In this document: one piece after another, positions 60,016 to 64,000 of the stretch | How the letters are laid out: the number at the start of each line of letters is the position of its first letter | Position numbering within the stretch: the stretch's first letter is position 1 | Assembly (NCBI GenBank): GCA_002269645.1 | Contig: NIVC01000975.1 | Coordinates: forward strand, 1-64,000 | Source of the DNA: Macrostomum lignano | Lineage: Eukaryota | DNA length: 64,000 nt | Direction: 5' to 3' | The notes under the pieces: generated by a model | What the model was told of the DNA's origin: nothing | Seen by the model: only the letters and a program-made list of their open reading frames with translations | Databases searched by the model: none | Made by a program: the position numbers and the translations under genes

Positions 60016-60601
60016 GGTACGCAGCCAGTCACGTGACAACAAATAAAATTCGCCCCACCGAAAAAGCAACGAATTCAGCCTCAAACAGTGCTACTAAAGA
60101 GTAGGCACCTAGTAATTTTGGATTTTTGAGCAAAGCAGATGCTATTAAATGGCAGTCCTTATTAAATGGAAAGCAGGAAACTGACAAAATGAAGCTTAGA
60201 CAATTGTAAATAAATCATAACCAAAATGCATCATTCTAATTGAGGTAAATTCGTCATTTAAGCACCAGGCGCTGTCAAACAACTCAATTAGCGAAGAATT
60301 ATCTTTGATGAAGCATTCAGACTCCATCGACTTCTATCCCATGTTCATTGCTAATTAAATTTCACTTACACTACAATTTCACTTTTCGGAATGTCCCGCC
60401 TCCTCCACTGCTGCCTCTCCGCGCACTTTTGTATTTACAGCAGTCAACAGAAGCACTAAAATGTTACCGAAACTGAAATACATGAAAAGGCCGCTACAGC
60501 TGGTGCCCCGGTGCTTCAATCAGGGCTCCCCCATCAGGACCCCGACTGTCCACAGCCCTCCCTGCTCTGCCGGATTTCCGCGCCGCTGTCACCCGGGCCT
60601 G

Positions 60602-60947
60602 TCAGTCAGTATTGACCGCCTCCTCCTGCTGCTGCTGCTCATCAAGAGACGAGCTGCTCAGCCTCTGCGCTTCATCAGCGCCGCCTCCCGAATGCTGCAG
60701 CCTCTCCAGTCGTTGCTGCCGCCTCCGCCGCCGCCTCTGCAGCCGCAACGATGCGTCCCCGAGCCCAAGCAGCTCAAAATGGGCCGCTACCGCTGCCGCC
60801 GCGCGCTCTTGAAGGTGCTGAAGCTCCTGCAGGGAGGGCTGGCGTTCGGGCTGGCACTCAGGCTGGCATTCGGGCTGGTATTCGGGCTGGCATTCGGGCT
60901 GGCCTTCTGGCGGTAAGTCTGATGTCCAATCTGCCAGCGGAGACATC
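60602..60947 (-). CDS. Terminal exon of a low-complexity protein (QPEC repeats), probably spliced from the 61171-62240 exon
   Basis: Acceptor AAACAG|G completes the phase-2 Arg codon from the upstream exon and keeps the frame (MSPLADW...). Confidence 0.55.
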
Positions 60948-60993
60948 CTGTTTCATGAGGGGTTGGCAAACGGGGTGAACATCTGAAACATCA

Positions 60994-61168
60994 GTCCGCC
61001 CCATCCTCAGTCCGCCCCATCCTCAGTCCGCCCCTTCCTCAGTCCGCCCCATCCTCAGTCCGCCCCATCCTCAGTCCGCCCCATCCTCAGTCCGCCCCAT
61101 CCTCAGTCCGCCCCATCCTCAGTCCGCCCTATCCTCAGTCCGCCCCATCCTCAGTCCGCCCCATCCTC
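60994..61168. repeat. 16-bp minisatellite, ~11 copies, filling an intron
   Basis: Unit CAGTCCGCCCCATCCT. Confidence 0.93.
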
Positions 61169-61170
61169 AC

Positions 61171-62240
61171 CGCCTCGCCGCCTCGCCCTGCAGGCTGCCC
61201 GTGTCAAAAACCACTAGCGAATTCAATGCGCTGGTCGACACGGCGAGAGCGGCGGCCGCCGCCGATCTTTGCAGCGCCGTATCCGAGTCTCCGACTTCGC
61301 TCCGACAGCCAGGACCGGCGCTGGAGGCGGCGTCTCCGACCTCGGCAGCTTCGCAGAGCTGCAGCGGCTCCTCTGTGGTTGTCGCAGGAGTACCAACGGC
61401 GCTGACGCTGTCGAGAATCTCCGAGTCGGCCTGCGAGTCCGTGTCCGTGTCACCGAGCTGCGGCGGCTGGTGCGTTGGCTGGTGCGTTGGCTGGTGCGGT
61501 GGCTGGTGCAGTGGCTGGTGCGGTGGCTGGTGCAGTGGCTGGTGCGGTGGCTGGTGCGTTGGCTGGTGCGGTGGCTGGTGCGGTGGCTGGTGTGATGTTT
61601 GAGACGTCACGGCCGCAGCTATCCAAGACGGCGCTTCCTGAGCTGGTCGGAGACTTCTCCGCCGGTGCCGCAGCAGGTCGGCGAAGTCCGGCGAGCCCCA
61701 CAGCGCCGCCTCGTCTTCGGGATCCGCGGCCGCCGCAGCCGCCGTAGCCGCTGCCGCCGCATCAGCCTCGGATGGTCGGCGGCCCTCCGCCGCGGGCCGC
61801 AGTCGCTGCCTTGTCAGGCGGATGACCGCCTCAAAGTTGTCCGCCAGGCCGAAGCCGGACGAAGATGATGCCGCGGCGGCCCCGTTGGGGTGCCGAAGGC
61901 GGCTCCTGAAGTCACCATCGAAGGCCGCCGAGGCTGCCGCGGTTGCCGTACGAGCGCCGGCCACCGGGCGGAGACGACTGCGGACCTCCTCCAGCACGGA
62001 GCGGCCCGCCTCCACCGAGCCGCTGATTGACACGATCAGCTGACGGGCGGCGTCGTCACTTCGGGAGACTCCATGAGCGCCTCCACCGCCCCTGCCACCA
62101 CCACCGCCGTCGTTACAGCTGTCCCTGAAGTTGCAGCCGCCGCTGGCCGATGAGAGCTGAGGCTCGGGAGACAGCGAGCTGAGCTGCCCGCTGCTGGGCT
62201 GCTGAACTGCCGGGCTGCTGGAGCCGCTGCTGCTGGTCAT
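61171..62240 (-). CDS. Large low-complexity (Ala/Ser/Gly-rich, HQPP repeats) exon of an unknown protein; possibly the same gene as the ankyrin exon
   Basis: 357-aa GC-rich ORF ending at donor AGG CG|GTGAGG; candidate acceptors at ~62250-62260. Confidence 0.55.
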
Positions 62241-63138
62241 TGAGTCCTTCTGAATCTACAGAGCTCCCTGCAGAATTCTTTTATCAGGTGACGAAGCTAT
62301 CAAAGAGCCGACAGCCGACTGTCTTCCGGACCTGATGCCTCCAATATCCGACTGAGCTGCTATCAATTAAATTTTTTAACAGTCAGTAAATGAAAACAAA
62401 ATAATTAAGTTGATGAACTTGCAATCGATCTACAAGCGTATGAGCTCAATCTCACAGAAAGTGCACAGAAGAAACACATTCTTGCTTGGCAGTCTCGGCC
62501 ATAGACATCGTTTTTGAACTTTTCCTTGCGTCTTTGATCAGCCTTTAGGAGGAAATTTCCAGGTTTTGCACGTGTTGCTTCAGTGCTTCATTTCCTCTCC
62601 TGAGTAGTGTCTTGCATCTGCGCTGAGAGTTGAGCATCGATTTGTTAGCAAGGTGCGAGAGGCTCGCACAAGCGGGAATGGGGTTATATATTCAAGTGTC
62701 TGGGACGCCATCGTTGCTAATACTAGCGCTCTCCGATATCGAGTGCTGTTAGAAGGTAACGTTGGCGCAGTTCAACCGGCTTGCTAGAGTCTGCGTCCTC
62801 TACTTCCAGTCAGTCTGCCGCTGTCTGATTCCTGGAGAATCACTAAGCTGCTACGTGTTCCTTCGAGTGCCAATTGACCATTGAGATGAGTCCAAAGCTC
62901 AAGAATGTTGGAGCGGAGAGGTGAACAGACAGGAGAATCTGGTGTACAGGCTGATAAGTACACAAACTGGCCTGTACCCGGTAAGCATTCGGTAGAGCCG
63001 AGATGGTGCGATCGCTCAGTAGCTTTCGCCATGGCTAACAAGTCCAGCATCAGATTCTTCATCGGAATCACCTGGCTGGTGAGGATCAAGAGGCAGTTCG
63101 AGACTTCAGCAACATGCAGGCCGCGGAATTCACATGTT

Positions 63139-63737
63139 GGGGACCAGCTCAGGAGTATGTTCGCTACATGTGAATCACGGGACCAGCTCAGGAGTATGTT
63201 CGCTACATGTGAATCACGGGGACCAGCTCAGGAGTATGTTCGCTACATGTGAATCACGGGACCAGCTCAGGAGTATGTTCGCTACATGTGAATCACGGGG
63301 ACCAGCTCAGGAGTATGTTCGCTACATGTGAATCACGGGACCAGCTCAGGAGTATGTTCGCTACATGTGAATCACGGGGACCAGCTCAGGAGTATGTTCG
63401 CTACATGTGAATCACGGGGACCAGCTCAGGAGTTTGTTCGCTACATGTGAATCACGGGGACCAGCTCAGGAGTTTGTTCGCTACATGTGAATCACGGGGA
63501 CCAGCTCAGGAGTATGTTCGCTACATGTGAATCACGGGACCAGCTCAGGAGTATGTTCGCTACATGTGAATCACGGGACCAGCTCAGGAGTATGTTCGCT
63601 ACATGTGAATCACGGGGACCAGCTCAGGAGTATGTTCACTACATGTGAATCACGGGGACCAGCTCAGGAGTATGTTCGCTACATGTGAATTACGGGGACC
63701 AGCTCAGGAGTATGTTCGCTACATGTGAATCACGGGA
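63139..63737. repeat. 39-40-bp minisatellite, ~15 copies
   Basis: Unit GACCAGCTCAGGAGTATGTTCGCTACATGTGAATCACGG(G). Confidence 0.96.
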
Positions 63738-63829
63738 ACTGACATGCCAAGCGTTCTATCACAAAGAAAAACTCTCGACTTGCGCGCCTGTCCGGCCAGT
63801 GACACCAATGCCTGCCGCTTGCTTGTACT

Positions 63830-64000
63830 TTGGCTTAAGAATCCAAGGGTCAGCACTGGCCGCCAGCAGCAGCCGCAGCAGGTCGTCGGAGCCAGCTCGG
63901 ATGGCCATCTGAATGGCCGTCTGGTCGTCTTCAGCCAGCTGGTCCGCCAGCTGGAGATGGTCTCGCTGAACCGTCATGTACGGCGGGCTGGAGCCGATGT
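63830..64000 (-). CDS. Ankyrin-repeat exon, partial, continues past the right edge
   Basis: GSSPPYMTVQRDHLQLADQL and DQTAIQMAIRAGSDDLLRLLLAASADPWI match the ANK pattern GxTALHxAxxxGxxxIVxLLLxxGADxN. Confidence 0.65.

Overview
Eukaryotic, intron-containing, minisatellite-rich animal DNA. The GC/Ala-rich exons, GACA/TCTG microsatellites and receptor types suggest a free-living flatworm such as Macrostomum (inference). Main result: a Cys-loop (GluCl-like) receptor locus on the minus strand with a variable/constant layout like clustered protocadherins or UGT1A. Three large tandem exons (45408-46354, 40734-~41554, 37773-38788) each encode the ligand-binding domain plus M1 and M2. All end in the same phase-2 donor (...LPR, CCC AG|GT). 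Only one downstream M3-loop-M4 exon (33878-34364) has a matching acceptor. Also present: a frameshifted ionotropic glutamate receptor-like gene (1-3024, minus); a BTB-BACK-Kelch gene whose intron holds an intact, very young Ty3/Gypsy (Mag-like) LTR element inside a 34-bp minisatellite; an 874-aa single-exon protein with tandem LRAT-like domains lacking the catalytic Cys; a decayed mariner with an internal 60-bp tandem amplification; three tRNA-headed SINEs (one with a CORE domain); two MITE-like elements; a small YADI-motif gene; an ankyrin-repeat gene fragment; and many tandem arrays.
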